Source: Eledone cirrhosa (taxonomy: Eukaryota). From it: DNA of 64,000 nt. The stretch's first letter is position 1. Each line of letters opens with the position of its first letter. The translations under genes were made by a program, and so were the position numbers. This document shows, one piece after another, positions 1-14,112 of the stretch. The stretch is from assembly GCA_964016885.1 (NCBI GenBank), contig OZ024742.1, positions 149,110,001 through 149,174,000 of the forward strand, read 5' to 3'. Under the pieces are notes generated by a model. It was not told where the DNA came from, did no database searches, and saw only the letters and a list, made by a program, of their open reading frames with translations.

Positions 1-1045
1 CTTAGCTTGTTGGTTGCAATCACAATCCCTAAACGATGACCCTTCAACTTCGATTTCAACTTAGGGAAGATGAAGAAATCTTACAGAGCAAGATCTGTAG
101 AGAGGATGTGGAAAAATAGGAATCTTTTTGTTTGCCAGAAATTCTCTAATTGAAAGTGCTGTGTGAGCAGGTGCATTAGCATGATGCAGTACCCAATCTC
201 TTGCAATGTCCTTTCAGATTCGCTGGACCCATTTTAAAAATCGTTCCAAGACATCTTTGTCTTTCTTATGATATGAACATTACCACAGCTATTGAAAAAA
301 ATGCTAATCATTGTTTTCACACTGGATCTGCTCATGCATGCTACTCCACAATTTGACATTTTGTCCCTGGATCATACTCGAACACCCATGATTCATCTTC
401 TGTTATTACTTTATCCAAGAAATTTGGCTCAATTTCGAGTCATTCTAACAAATCCTGCTAAATTACCGACTGGTTCACTTTTTGCACCACAGACAAGAGT
501 TTAGGCACTAGTTTTGCACCATTTTTTTGCATGTACAAAATGTCTGTTAAAATTCTGTGAAATGCATTTTTATACAAGTCTGTTTCTTCTGCAATCATCC
601 TAACACTTAATTGGTGATCTTTTGCCACCACCGCTCACACCACTTCTATATTTTGTTCATTTGTTTACAAGATTGGCCTTCCACATTTTCTCAGCCCTCT
701 TTGAAAGCTTTGTGCCACTTAAAATCCTTACTTCTCAATATAGGATCATCTCCATAAGTTTGTGTTAAAGAATAAAATGTTTTGGTGGCAAATTTGTTAA
801 GTTTCACACAAAATTTGATCGCATACTGTTGTTTGATGTTTTCCTGAATCGCAAATGTAACAGAGGTTATAAACACGCCTGTACATAAAAAGCAATAACT
901 CATGTCTGACTCAATCAATCATGCTTAAACAAGTATAACCTGCAGCCAAAGTCATAACCAATACACCTATATACATCAATGAGGTGCTGCATTACCATGT
1001 CAAACATAAGAAAATTAGTACCCTTACTTTTGGGAAAAACATCAT
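1..1045 (-). mobile_element. Degraded mariner-family DNA transposon
   Basis: ORF 691-918(-) QQYAIKFCVKLNKFATKTFYSLTQTYGDD...KWHKAFKEG resembles the mariner N-terminal HTH; 60-110 on - strand resembles the C-terminal YSPDLAPCDFFLFPKLK region; many stops and frameshifts. Confidence 0.75.
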
Positions 1046-1067
1046 GTGTGCATCTGTATGTATGTAT

Positions 1068-1880
1068 ATCATCATCAACGTTTAACGTCCGTGTTCCACG
1101 CTTGCATGGGTTTGGACGGGGGTATTCCCACTTGAGGCAAGAGTGATTGTCTTGCTCGCATAGGACTGTCTGGCAGGTTTTCTACAGTTGGATGCCCTTC
1201 CTAACACCAACCACATTTACAGTGTGGGTCTGGGAGGTTTTTACCGTGTTGCCTACACGGCCACATTACAGCGTGGACTGTGTGTTTTTTTGTCGTGACA
1301 CCTACACGATCTCATTTGTTTCGGCCTGGATGGCGCGGCACCAACATAACTTTACATAGAACGGGGTGGTGTGGATGGAGTGGGGGTGGTGGGATGGGGT
1401 GTATTTTGTTAGAGATGCCTACTGGCTGTAGTAGGTTTTACTATGTATTCAGGTAAGGCGGGTCTTCTCTGTTACTGAGTACCGCCAAAGGTCTCGGTCC
1501 AGTGACATTGTCTTGGAGAGGTGTAAGTGTGTGAGGTCGGAGTTTATCAGCTCGTCCCAGGTTTTTCTAGGTCTGCCTATTCCGTGGCTACCGTCTATCT
1601 TTATTGCCCTGCACTTTTTTATACAGCTATCGACTTTCATGCGCATCACGTGTCCATACCAACGTAGCCTTCTCTCGAGTAAACAACATCTGATCCCTCT
1701 TATTTCTAATTTTTTCCTTAGTTCGTTTATGCTTTGCCGTTCACGTATATTACTGTTACACATCCAGCGGAGCATGCAAGCTTCGTTCCTCTCTAGTCTG
1801 CGTATATCCTCTGCACACAATGCCCAGGTCTCACTGCCATGCAACATTGCTGTTCGTATGCAGGCATCATACAACCTGCC

Positions 1881-1886
<6 letters not shown>
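1068..1886 (-). mobile_element. 5'-truncated RTE-clade LINE (ORF2 C-terminus, 3'UTR, (GAT)n tail)
   Basis: ORF 1449-1886: MLHGSETWAL...RLRWYGHVMRM...GRPRKTW; (CAT)n at the left end on +; (TA)n at the 5' break. Confidence 0.9.
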
Positions 1887-1929
<43 letters not shown>

Positions 1930-2829
1930 TGGTTAAGAATGCCTCGGGAAGCAGATACTATGTGAATAGGAAATACAAATGGTGAAACTAAAGTAGTGTA
2001 AAGTCAGAAAGTTCAAACAAAACAATAGTTTTTACCTTATATTGCATATGAGTATGAATGTTTATTAGTTTATTTGTGTGTAAAATTTCAGGCAGTGGAA
2101 AAGGAAAAAATAATAGAACAATGAGCGACAGGAGGAAGTTGTGTAGACCACTACTAAAATCAACCACCAATATCAACACAATACACTACAACCAATACAA
2201 CTGCCATTATCAATCCACCAACTTCTGAATGACTAGCAATAATAGCCTGAACAAGTTAAGCAACATCATTGTAAAATAAAATAACATGAGATAATGTAGT
2301 ACTAGGTCCATCTTAAAAGTTGACTGTAATGTCTTTGATCTTAAGTCTTCTCAATGAAGATTGATCCGAGACTAAACAACAAGAACACTATGACCACCAG
2401 CACTACCACCACTAACAATAACACCACTACTATCACCACCACTGCCATCACTTAAAATGACTAATGGCCACAGCAATAATAGTGTCAACAAGATAGCAAT
2501 GTCTCTGTAACTATATATGTCAACTCAACTGAATGTGGCTCTGACTTATGCATAGCAATGCATGCACGTGTATGTGTGTGTGTGTATGAGTTCAGTGTTT
2601 TATGGCTTTATGAAAAAGTAAGGAGGTGCCCATGTTCTTATTCACATAATCAATATACTAAGAAGATTTGCTTTTCAATATCCTATATGATAATATTTTA
2701 TGGTTTCACTATATAAATCACCCAAGTTGAAAAAAATAAAACAAAACCCAAATTTCAGGAATTTGGTTGAAATTAAAGCCAATCCTATAACCATACAGCT
2801 AACTGTAATCTCAGACTACTTCCTGAAAG

Positions 2830-2945
2830 TGTGTGGTCTCATGATTAGGATGTTGGTCACAAGATCATAAGGTCATGGGTTCAATTCCTGGATAGCACTG
2901 CATATTGTGTTCTTGAGCAAGACACTTCATTTCACACTGCTTTTA
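2830..2945 (+). mobile_element. Old tRNA-derived SINE fragment (second SINE family)
   Basis: B-box-like GGTTCAATTCC followed by TTGTGTTCTTGAGCAAGACACTT; related copies at ~4740-4870(-) and ~5155-5480(+). Confidence 0.55.
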
Positions 2946-3237
2946 ATGAAAGGACTGATCCTGAAAACAGCTAAGAAGCTGTCAATGGTCATACCAACAT
3001 AGTCTTCTATCCTAAACATTACTGCTTATTCATCTTATACACAATTTCTCTCTCAACTTGTCCATGCTTGGTCATTTGCACACATCTGATACTATTTTCC
3101 CTACATATTTGTTGTTGATTATTGTTGATCACTACTGTTGTTGATATACCTACAAAAGTGTACAGTATAGTTGTTGGACCTCCATTAGTTCCAATGAGTG
3201 TTTCAGTTGTTCAAACATCTCTCCAATAAATACAGAC

Positions 3238-4700
3238 TTGAAATGTAGTTAGAATTAACAATGAATATTGTGAAGAATTTAGTGTAAAAGTTGGCGTTCA
3301 TCAAGGCTCTGTCCTTAGCCCCCTCTTATTTATTATTGCCCTTCAGGCTATAACAGAGGGATTCAAGACCGGCTGCCCATGGGAACTCTAATACGCAGAT
3401 GATCTAACGCTCATAGCTGAATCAATGGCTGAACTAGAGAAGAAATTCGAAACATGGAAGCATGGCCTAGAATCAAAAGGCCTTACAGTTAACTTGTCTA
3501 AGACTAAAGTTCTAGTTTGTAGAAAGGAAAATAAGGCACAGGTGCTCTCAGAGAAATGGCCATGCTCAGTGTGTAGGAAAGGAGTAGGTAGAAATTCCAT
3601 TTTATGTCCCAAATGCGAAGTATGGGTACATAAAAGATGTAGTGGGATCACAGGTAAACTCTCTAAGAACGTAGACTTTATATGTGGCCAATGCTCAGGT
3701 GCAATAAGTAGCAAGTGTCCAAAGGATACTAGCTCCTCCCATTGCCCAGATGGTTCTATAGAAATAGTAGACACTTTCCGTTACCTAGGTGACAAAATCA
3801 GCAGTGGTGGAGGGTGTTCTGAAAGTACAATAGCCAGTCAGAATGAGATGGAAAAAGTTCAGAGAGCTTATACCGCTGTTGGCCACAAAAGGTTTCTCTC
3901 TAAAAATGAAAGGCAGATTGTATGATGCCTGTATATGAACAGCAATGCTACATGGCAGTGAGACATGGGCATTACGTGCAGAGGACCTGCGTAGACTGGA
4001 AAGGAACGAAGCATGCATGCTCTGTTGGATGTGTAATAGTAATATACGTGAACAGCAAAGCATAAATGAACTAAGTGAGAAATTAGGAATAAGAGGGATC
4101 AGATACTGTTTACTTGAGAGAAGACTACGTTGGTATGGTCACGTGATGCGCATGAAAGACGACAGCTGCATAAAAAAATGCAGGGTGATCAAAATTGATG
4201 GTAGTTACGGAGTAGGTAGACCCAGAAAAACCTGGGATGATCTGATAAATTCCGACCTCACACACTTACATCTCTCTAAGACAATGTCTCTGGACCGAGA
4301 CCATTGGCGCTACGCAGTAATACAGAAGACCCGCCTTGCCTATGTACAAAGCGAAACCTACAGTCAGTAGGCACCTCTTAACCAAATATACACCCCAATC
4401 TACTACCCCTACCCTATCCTCCCACTCCCAGCAACAGCACGACAAAATGAGATCGAGTTCGTGTAGGTGTCACGACAAAAAACACACAGTCCACTCTGTA
4501 ATGTGGCCGTGTAGGTAACACGGTAAAAAGTTCCCAGTTCCACACTGTAAATGTGGTTGGTGTTAGGAAGGGCACCCAGCCGTAGAAAACCTGCCAGACA
4601 GTCCTATATGAGTGAGACACAGCCTTGCCTCAAGTGGGACAACTCCCGTCTAACCCATGCTAGCGTGGAAAACGGACGTTAAACGAAGATGATGTTGATG
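3238..4700 (+). mobile_element. 5'-truncated RTE-clade LINE with frameshifts
   Basis: GVHQGSVLSPLLF and LIYADDL RT motifs, Cys/His finger, FRYLG, RLRWYGHV, 3'UTR and GAT tail; same family as 1068-1886. Confidence 0.92.
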
Positions 4701-4907
4701 ATATATATATATATATATTGAAATATGGATACATTTCACTTTTGTCAAGTGAATAGACCAGAGCAATGTGAAATAAAGTGTTTTGCTCAAGGACACAATG
4801 TGTCACCAGAAATCGAACTCATGATCTTATGACTATAAGCTGAATACCCAAAATACTAATACATGCCTTTTCACCAAGCCACCCAGTGAATTTCAATGAT
4901 CTTTTTC

Positions 4908-5094
4908 ATAAGTGTTTCTACTTTTGGCACAAGGCCAGCAATTACCCAGTACATTACTGGTACTTTATTTTATCGACCCCGTATGGATGAAAGGCAAAGT
5001 TAACCTCGGCGGGATTTGAAATCAGATCATAAAGGAATATAACTATGCTAGAAAGCATGTCCGACCCTCTACCGATACTGCCAATTCACCGCCC
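4908..5094 (-). mobile_element. tRNA-derived SINE (main family, Meta-domain-like core)
   Basis: Reverse-complement match to the 29682-29865 copy, including GCCTTTCATCC...GGGTCGATAAAATAAAGTACC. Confidence 0.85.
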
Positions 5095-5519
5095 TGATCT
5101 TTTTAATATGTAAGCAGATTATATTCTTTGCTCTAGTCAATGGATTAGTGAAGACACATGGATTAGTGGTGAGAGCATTGAACATACAATTTTGAGGATG
5201 TGAGTTTCATTCCTGGAGTAGGCAGTGTATTGTGTCATTGAGCAACACACTTTATTTCACGTTGCTCTAGTTCACTCAGCTGAAAATGATTAGTTGCAAT
5301 GTTACTGGTGCCAAGCTATATCAGCATTTGCCTTTCTCTTAGGTAACATCAGTTAGGTGGAGTGGGGAGACTGGTGTGAATGGGCAACTACTGGTCTTCT
5401 ATAAAACACACTGCCTAGGCTTGTGCATTGGAGGGGGACTTTCTATGTGCAAACCCATGGTTATTCACGACCAAAGGAGGCCTACAATGAGTCAATGGAT
5501 CAAAGTATAATAGTTAACT

Positions 5520-6090
5520 TCAAGGCATATTATCTAAGAACTTATAAAAGCATTTGACAGAAAGAGACTTCCGGAAAAGGTTCAACATTATGGATACTTT
5601 GAATAACATTGCTGAGTCACAGGATGAAATGAAACTCTCAGCTGTAAGTGGTGCTTGGAAAATATATAGCCAGAATGTATCTGTGACTTTACAAATATTA
5701 CACAACCCAAAAATTCTACATCAAATTCAAAAAGATATTGTGACACTGGCAAATGATGGTTTGAAGTGATGTAAGGTTTGAAGAAGTTACAGTGGATGAT
5801 GTAGTTGAAATGTTAGAGAACGATAGAAAAAGTTTGACTAAGCTGGCGGCAAAGAATATTACTATATTGCTAGACGGTTGGCACTTATAGAGGACGGTCT
5901 GCAAGTTTATGCTAGTTATGGTCCTAATTGTCAATGTAACATAAAAATTACAAGAGTAATTTATAATGAAATGAAATGTACTCAGAGATGATACACCATA
6001 AACACCAAAAGCTTTGAATACATTTTTCATCCCGCAAACATATGTTAGTGATGATGACCTACAAGGGCTCTTATCCACCCACTAACTTCC
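5520..6090 (+). mobile_element. Tigger/pogo transposase relic
   Basis: DFRKRFNIMDTLNNIAESQDEMKLSAVSGAWK resembles the Tigger DDE C-terminal region; stops and frameshifts. Confidence 0.6.
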
Positions 6091-6253
6091 ATTCCACCAT
6101 ATATATATGTAGGCACTCCTAACTCACTCATCTCTCCTGCTCTATCCAATTTCTCAAGCTCTGCACTAACCACTATGCTCACTCATTCCTGCCCAGAATT
6201 TTAGTGAGCTGAGAGAAAAACCAAATACAAGAGGAATCAAGTGTAACAAACAC

Positions 6254-7510
6254 ATGATGATGATCATCATCATCACCGTTTAACATCTATTTTTCTGCAA
6301 TTGCATGGGTTATTCAGGTCGTCAGATTATAAGTCAATTCTAGTCAGGTGACCACCTCTTGCTCACCCAGATCAGGGTTTCTATGACTTGGTTTCTACAG
6401 CTTTGTTGTGCTCTTCCTAATGCCAACCACATTACTGTGTGGACTGGGTGCTTTTTATTGTGGCACCAAAACAACCATCTAACAGGATGGACTGGTGGCT
6501 TTTTCCCCATGTCACCAGCATGATCACTTTACAGGGTTGACTGAGTGCGTTTTTCTCATGTCACCAGCACAGCATAATGCATACAGAAAATGTCAGCTGT
6601 ATAAAGAAATGCCAAGTACTTGAAGTGGAAGAAGGAACCAAATGAAGTTGTGAAGAATAACCAAGAAACTGAACATCACAAAGGATTTGACACACAACTG
6701 CATGTTTTGTTTCCTTCAAGCCTCCACAAATCTTCTGCATTCAAGGACCACACCCTGCTAACATGCAGCATAGCAGTTTGAGGATAAACGTCATACAACC
6801 TGCTCTTCACTCTGAGAGAAGTCCTTTGTTGTCAACAAGGTAACAGCTCCCTGAACACCTACCCCATTCTCACTCTGACTACAACACATTCAGTACATCC
6901 ACCTCCACTGCTAATAACGTTAGACCATCATCATTTCAGGTCTGTTTTCTATGCTGGCATGAGTACTAGATAGCTTTCGCTATCTAGTATTTCTAGTGGA
7001 CCTTCTGATCATTTGCGGAAGTTTATTTCACAGGGACCTTACTGTTGTCTATTCTTGTGTATCTATCACATATGAATTCTACTTTTTTTTTTATTAGTCT
7101 ACCAGTTTTTTCCACTACACCTCTTGTGTGTCCATTTTACACATTGGGTACATTATACTTATTCCTTTTCTACATAATGAACATGATTACTAAAATGTTA
7201 TTATTTGTATTCTTTGTTAGGTTTACTTTGAGACCTTTTGATTCCATGTCTGGAACTTCTGTAATTCTTTTAGTTTCAACTATGAGGTCAAGATCATCTG
7301 TATACAGAAGTTTCCATGGACACTCAGTCTTGAATTCCCCTGTAATGACCTGAATTGAGTGATTGTCTGTGGGAACTCCTGTATGCTGAAGATCTAGCTT
7401 TCAAAGCTGAAACTAGAAGAATTAGAGAAATTCCAGACAAGGAATCAACATTTGAAACCAAAGGGGCTGAAAGTAAACCTACAAAAGAGTAAAGTTTTAG
7501 AAATCATAAC
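6254..7510. mobile_element. Old RTE LINE fragments in both orientations
   Basis: Degenerate LLYAEDL and KPKGLKVNL motifs; RTE 3' end with (CAT)n at 6254-6570. Confidence 0.6.
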
Positions 7511-8254
7511 ACTGTGGAAGAAAATAAAAGGAAACATCAACGTGCAGTTGATGTTGAATAACCAAGAATTATGTTCAAGCCCTCCTTCTCAAAGCCTTCA
7601 AATAAAAGTACTCATCATTAATAATAGACAACTCAAAACCAGGACTTTTAATGAGAATAATGCACTGACATTTGAAGATATATTAATTTAAATTACTTCT
7701 GGGCATATTTCTTTTCAGAATTTTTATTACAATTCAGTTTTAGTCTCCAATACTGCCATCTATGAAAATTTAGACCCACAGACACAGTATCTTTCTTTGT
7801 CAAAACTGGATGCTAATAAATCCTTTTTCTAACTTTCTATACACAAAACATCTTTTTTTTAAATTAATTTATATATAAGATATAAAAAAACATATCACTA
7901 TTGATTTTTTTTTTGTTTAGGACTTTCTTGAACACATTAAGATTATTGTGATGCCAAGAAATCATAGCAAAGTAGAACATGAAATGATATGAGGTCATTG
8001 TACAGGTAAATATAAAGAACAAATAAAACACTAGCCTGACAGCTAATAGGAACTATATGGCTAAAACAAGATTAAATGAAATTGAAGCCTTGTCAAGAAG
8101 ATGACAGATGAAGCCTTCAAATAAGATTTCTTTTGTTTTGAGTTATGTCTCTTTTCAAGAGACAGAACTGTCATTATCAATAAATGGCAGAATTTTTTTT
8201 TTTTTTTGCTAGAACTATGCCTATAGTAATCACTCACAAACACTGTGACTGTAG

Positions 8255-8690
8255 ATTGATGGCATTGATGTTCTGCTTAAGCTGTTGCAAAGAATATATT
8301 AACTGGTGGGAAGGGAAAGTTCCAGAAGGCCCATGTTCTGGGAAGGAATGACTAGATGTAGTGGTTAGTGCAGGGTCTAGGGAGTTAGGTCCCAAATTCA
8401 GTGATGAGAAGAGGAAAGATAAGTGAGTGAGGAGTGACTGGGTGGAGAAGAAGAAAAGGTAGAGAGAAACAACACATCTGTAGGTCAGTGTCCAGATTGT
8501 GTCTGTGTGTGCTTTAAGCCAATTAGTTCAGTAACTTTTCTCTGGGAGTAGTCTAGGATGTCTGTTTATGGAGCAGTACTTCCTCAGATGTAGGAGAAGT
8601 GCTAACACATCTGGGAGCATAGTTGGAACAAGTACTGTTTTGGTATTGTACTAAATTTTGAAGGTGATGTCAAATCACTGTTGCCTTACA
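8255..8690 (-). mobile_element. Degraded CR1/L2-like LINE 3' fragment
   Basis: Minus-strand translation shows a RPCTNHY..SFLPRTWAFWN-like C-terminal motif. Confidence 0.4.
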
Positions 8691-10159
8691 GACAAGACAA
8701 TATTAACCCTTTAGCATTTAAACTGGCTGTATCTGGTCAGAATTTTCTCACCTCGTTCTGCTCAAACTAGCTGTAACCAGCCACTCATAGGGATGTTAAG
8801 GTTTTCAAAATAAATAATGTTCTCAAAATAAATAATATCAAAATCTCGTAGATTTGATATTATGTGAGATAAAGCCGTTACCATGAAATTACAATAGTAT
8901 ATATAGTCGTATAAATGGTAAAGGATTAAACTTGATGAACCATTGACAGATATTCCAGAAGAAATAAAATCAAAAGTCACAACAATTCCATGGTCATGGC
9001 TTTTTTAAGTTGTTAGGAAACAGCAATACCAGGTTATGGTTCAATGTTTATTATGGAATTGGGCCACTTATTCCATCTCAAAAACAAAGTTTGTTCAGGT
9101 CTTTTACAACACACACAATGAGACAGTGAACAGACTAAGAAGTAATTTAATTCTAAACTCTGGATAGTTAAATTGCTAGATTACTTACAATATATCAATC
9201 TAGATAGAGATTTCAAGTCTACTACTAAGCTCATTGAAGTAGAAGAGACTAAATTGTGATTGAGGGCCCATCCCAAACTCCATGAAGCATGGATTACTTT
9301 CCTACTCCCATAGCAAATAACATTCTCTCTCATTTCACATGATAAAACACACCCAATTCACCCTGAGACAGAGTTGTGTTAGTGCGATGACAAAAAACAC
9401 TCAGTCCATCCTTTAAGAATGTTGCCGTTAGGAAAGTCATCCAGCCATAGAAAACCAAGCTAAAAAGGGAACATATAAACAAGATATGGTTACCTAACCT
9501 GTCTAGCTTCATAATGTGACAATCCATCTAACCCATACAAACATGGAAAAATAACTGTTAAATGGTGACAATGATGATAATGATGAGAGCAGAAAATATG
9601 CAAAATGGCAGACCTTAAAGGCAAAATAAAATGCCTATTGCAAGAGAAGTAGCAGCTCAGTGGAACAACAAAAAGCCTGTCTATAAATGTAGAGGTAACA
9701 TGTAGCATGGAAGTGAAATGTATTGAAGTTATGATGTTCTTCACTATGTCATGTTTTGCTTTGGTAGTGACTACATCATGTTTTGTTTTGTTACAAATGT
9801 TATGAATATCAGAAGGAACAATACAACTACAGACATTTCATGAGTGAAATGAAGCAGATTTCAATATAATTCTGATGTCGAAGAGACCCTGCCAGCAATA
9901 TGAAATTACCTGCTTTGTTAGAGCAGGAAAACCAAGTGGTGTAAGAATAATCAGCATCACCATGATCATCCTATTATGGGTTGAATGGCATTACTTCATC
10001 ATCTCCTCTACTGCAGTTTCCTTCTGCGGGGAAATTCTTGTATTTTTTCACCCAACAATCATCATCCATATGCATCATATGTCCATACCAATGCAGTCTT
10101 CCCTCTTGATCACTACATGTGACAGAATCTTTTCCACAAAACTGGAGTAATTCTATTCT

Positions 10160-11700
10160 TCTCCTTCTTTCAAGAAGGGTCGATAGACATTGTTGCAGTA
10201 ACTATTGGAGTATCAATTTGATAGATACTGCAGCCAAGATATTCACGACCATTTTACTACAAAGATTTTGACACATGTGATCAAACCACTCAACCAAATC
10301 AATGTAGTTTTTTTTCAGGGGTGATGCTGCACAGATCAAATTTTCACCTTGCAAAGAATTCTAGATTAACACAGGAATTACAACAGGAAATCACTAGCTT
10401 TGTGAACATAGTAGAAGCATTAGGGTCTGTTGATTGTTGTGCACTTTGATATATCATGATCACAGATGGGCTGCTAGTGAAGTGCTAAAGCTAATAAGCA
10501 TTATTATTACTGCTCTACATGAGCAAAGGTTTGCTGTTACAGTGAGGAATCTGACCTCTTCAAAATTCACTCAAATGTCTGGTGGCATTTTGTGTCCAAA
10601 TTTCTTTAACTATGCTACTGACTGAACTCCAGAGCATACCCTGAGAGATTTTGCAGGTATCACTGTATGATAAGACTTCACTGCCACTGTACTTGACTAT
10701 ACTTAATGACCTTGCAATATTTGGAGATAACTATGCCAATATTCTATCAACCATTGAACATGTCAATGTGTAAATACTGCATGTTAGCTTGAAAATCAAA
10801 GTAGTTATGACAAAGATAATATCTACTGGCCCTCATCCTTTGAAAGGTCTCCATAATACTCAATGGTGAAATTTTGAAATAGAACAATTAATTCAAGTAT
10901 TTTGACATTATCATAGGCCAAGGTAAAGATGTAATAGATGTCTGCATCAACTGCACACATGCTGGATTGTCATCTTCAAAGCCATGTTTGGTCTAGGGTT
11001 ATAGATCCATCTGGCCACAAAAATTCATATCTACCAACTTTTCGTTCATACCATTCTTATATACAACTGCAAGACATGGGCAATGAGAATGGCAAATTTA
11101 CACAAATTGAAAGTATTTGACCACTTGACTACTTTTACCTTTGGCAAATCCTCTGTCCATACAATTCAATTTAGTATTATCGCTGTTTAACACCTATTTT
11201 CCATGTTTTCATGGGTTAGATGGGTTGTCATGTTCCGAGGCTAGACAAGTTAGGTGACCATATTTTGCTCATATGTTCCATTTTTGGTATGGTTTCTACA
11301 GCTGAATGCGCTTCCTAATGCCAATCACTTTACAGCATATAATGATACCATTTTATTGTGGCTCTAATACTACCACCTTACAGGATGGACTGGGTGCTTT
11401 TCATTGTAGCACCACCACCACTACTACTTTACAAAGTGTGGTGGGTGCATTTTTATCATGACACCATCACATAGGAAAAGAAACATTGGATGGGGTGGGG
11501 AGGCTTGAAGAAAAGGAGTTGTATCAAGCAGTATATTTAGAAGCTCTAAAATTTGTTGTTACCAGATTGATTTCTTTCAACAACAACTACTGGAAATGTG
11601 CTGCTGATGGTTTAGTCATGGCCTCTGCAGCTCACAAAACAAACTAATTTATAATTCAACTGCACCAAAACCTCTTCTAGCATGGCATAAATGGCAAGGT
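10160..11700 (+). mobile_element. Highly decayed RTE-like LINE with an inserted RTE 3'-end fragment
   Basis: Remnants of NYxGISL, DQIFTL, FKYxG and RWFGH motifs with many stops. Confidence 0.5.
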
Positions 11701-12279
11701 GTATAGCTGAAAATGTGGATTAGTATGATCAAGTTAAATCTTGAGATAATATATAGTCACTGTCTGCTGTTGGAATTGTGACTGGGTGACAATCTCTGCC
11801 ATCAGATGTCTGTAATTGCTATACATGGATTCATTAGTTGAAGATAGCTCAAACCATCATGGATAAATGCTGACACAAATACATGTAATTGCTAATACAT
11901 GTATGAAAGAGGACAAGAGGAAAGGATTACCACATGCTCACATTCTAGCTGTTAAATCAAGAGAATCAGTTGATATTGATGAATTTGTTTGCACTGAAAT
12001 TTTAAATAAGTAAAAAAATTCAGTGTAGAACACACTCCATGGATCCTGTTGACATCGTTCTCAACAGCTCTTGAATTTTTGGCAAAGGAACTAATCATAA
12101 ATGAAAGAAAGGATTTCTGAAACAATTTTAAGAACAAACTATTTATAACTGAATCCTGTTCAATTTACAGACACCAAGATGACTAAGAGGTATGGCATTC
12201 TTCAAATATGCAGACCCAAGTTGAAATAGTGGTTAAAGTTCTCATTGGTGACGGCAGTTAAGTTATAGTGACGTTGATC

Positions 12280-12740
12280 ATCACCATCATCATTTTACAT
12301 CTCTTTTTCCATGCTTGCATGTGTTGGATGGTTTGTTTTTTTCAGCACAGCATTCTTTTGTCATCTCTTGAGTATCAGCGATTTGAAATCAGCCCAACCA
12401 GGTCTTCCTCTGTTGCAGCTTAACTTCCATTAGGATTTCTTGGCACTTTTTCACTCAGCAATCATCCATACATATTACATGCCCATACCAGCACAGCCTT
12501 CCCTTGCACACTACATCTGATTCCAGCTTTTCTCACAATTCATCCATGCTTTGTCCTTCATGCACATTAACATTACCAATCCATAGAAGCATGCTCACTT
12601 CATTTCTCTCCAGCCTTTGATATCCTCCTTTGATATCACTACCATGTAGCATTGAACATTGCACACTACGTCATACAGCCAGCCTTTCGTTTGTAGAAAG
12701 AAACCTTTTGGAAAATGATAGACCATTGCCCAAGAAAACT
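12280..12740 (-). mobile_element. Old RTE LINE 3' fragment
   Basis: Degenerate RLCWYGH motif and (CAT)n tail. Confidence 0.6.
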
Positions 12741-13379
12741 TGTTATGTAAGGGTCTCTTAATAATATCATTTATACACAGACTTGTCAACAGAAACTGAT
12801 GTCCAACAATAGTATCAGCATCTTAAATCTTCAAGAAAATTGATTATCCTAAAGCAGCAACCATAAAGTAACGAAGTGAAATTCAACTCATTCGTCATGA
12901 CAATAAGTTTCAGATCTGCGACTGCTTCAGGCTTGCTGAAGATATTCATGATCTATCTGCTGTTGACTATCTTTCTTCAGTCACGTCAGACTTTTACGAG
13001 TGGGCGGCAAGGACCAGTGCAGACTCATGGCTCTACTAGCTTTCAATAATTTAGCATCTCTAACACTACCCAACCCCCACCACATTAAGTTCATCTGTCA
13101 TCAAACGTAGGTAAATAATATTAGCAATTTACGATATTAACTTTTTAATATTTACTACTGGTAATGTTAAATAATTTTATAAAATTTGTTTTATATAGTT
13201 AGATGTTTACAATAATTTCTGCAATGTAGTTACTGTTTAGCATGTTCAGAGGACAGTATATATATTTCCAATAACGTATACGTATAAAATATTAACACCT
13301 ACTATCGATTTTTCTTGGACAGTCGACTAAAATGTACACTCGCCCACCCTCATGAGTATGGTTTAACGAGGAACATCGT

Positions 13380-13430
<51 letters not shown>

Positions 13431-13433
<3 letters not shown>

Positions 13434-13528
13434 GGGGTGTCCCCCAAAATTGTATACACACGTCAACAGCATTCTAATAAATATTGCCTGTACAGGTAAT
13501 CAAAGAGTGTATACATTTTTGGGGGACA
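13431..13528. mobile_element. ~100 bp Tc1/mariner-type MITE
   Basis: TIR-like ends GGGTGTCCC..AAAATTGTATACAC / GTGTATACATTTTTGGGGGACA next to (TA)n; second copy at 57925-58020. Confidence 0.65.
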
Positions 13529-14067
13529 AATACAATATCATCAATATTTACAGTACGCAAACATTATTAGTATTTGCAGTATTGTTAATGTGTCAGTGTG
13601 TGTGTATATATATATATATAAATACATACACACACACAAAAACACAATATTATCAATATTTACAGTACACAAACATAATATTAGTATTTACAGTATTGTT
13701 AATGTGTCAGTGTGTATGTGTATATATATATATATTCAAATACATAATTGTCGATAATGTATATATAATGATATATATATTTACACATACAATATTGTTA
13801 ATGTGTGCGAGTGTGTGTATATGTAAAACAGAGTAAAGACTAAAATATTAAATTTACACTTGCTATTCATACATAAAAATATTAAACAATAAATAAATCA
13901 AACGATTGATTATTTGAAACGGATAAAAGAGGTTTTCGTCTTTTACACGATAATTGCATTTCTTTCTTTTTTGCTTGTCAGTGACGAGGGTTCTTCTAAA
14001 GAAAGAAATAACATTGACCTTATTCGTTTAAAACCTCTTTTGAAGAATTCATGACTCGATTACTTAC

Positions 14068-14112
14068 CTCCAAGCGAAGGTTAGCAGCCAATTCTGGGTA
14101 ATCCTCTGCCAT
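14068..14112 (-). CDS. Putative first coding exon of an unidentified - strand gene (MAEDYPELAANLRLE)
   Basis: ATGG start, open 15 codons, strong donor GAG|GTAAGT; CpG-richer upstream region (~14200-14570) looks like a promoter. Downstream exons were not found. Confidence 0.4.

Noticed and set aside
11942-12137. Candidate downstream exons of the - strand gene
   Set aside because: Splice-like signals are present, but no phase-consistent, stop-free chain with the 14068-14112 exon could be built
13315-13836. 173-aa ORF and other YI/CV-rich ORFs
   Set aside because: Produced by (TA)n/(TG)n microsatellites and a MITE
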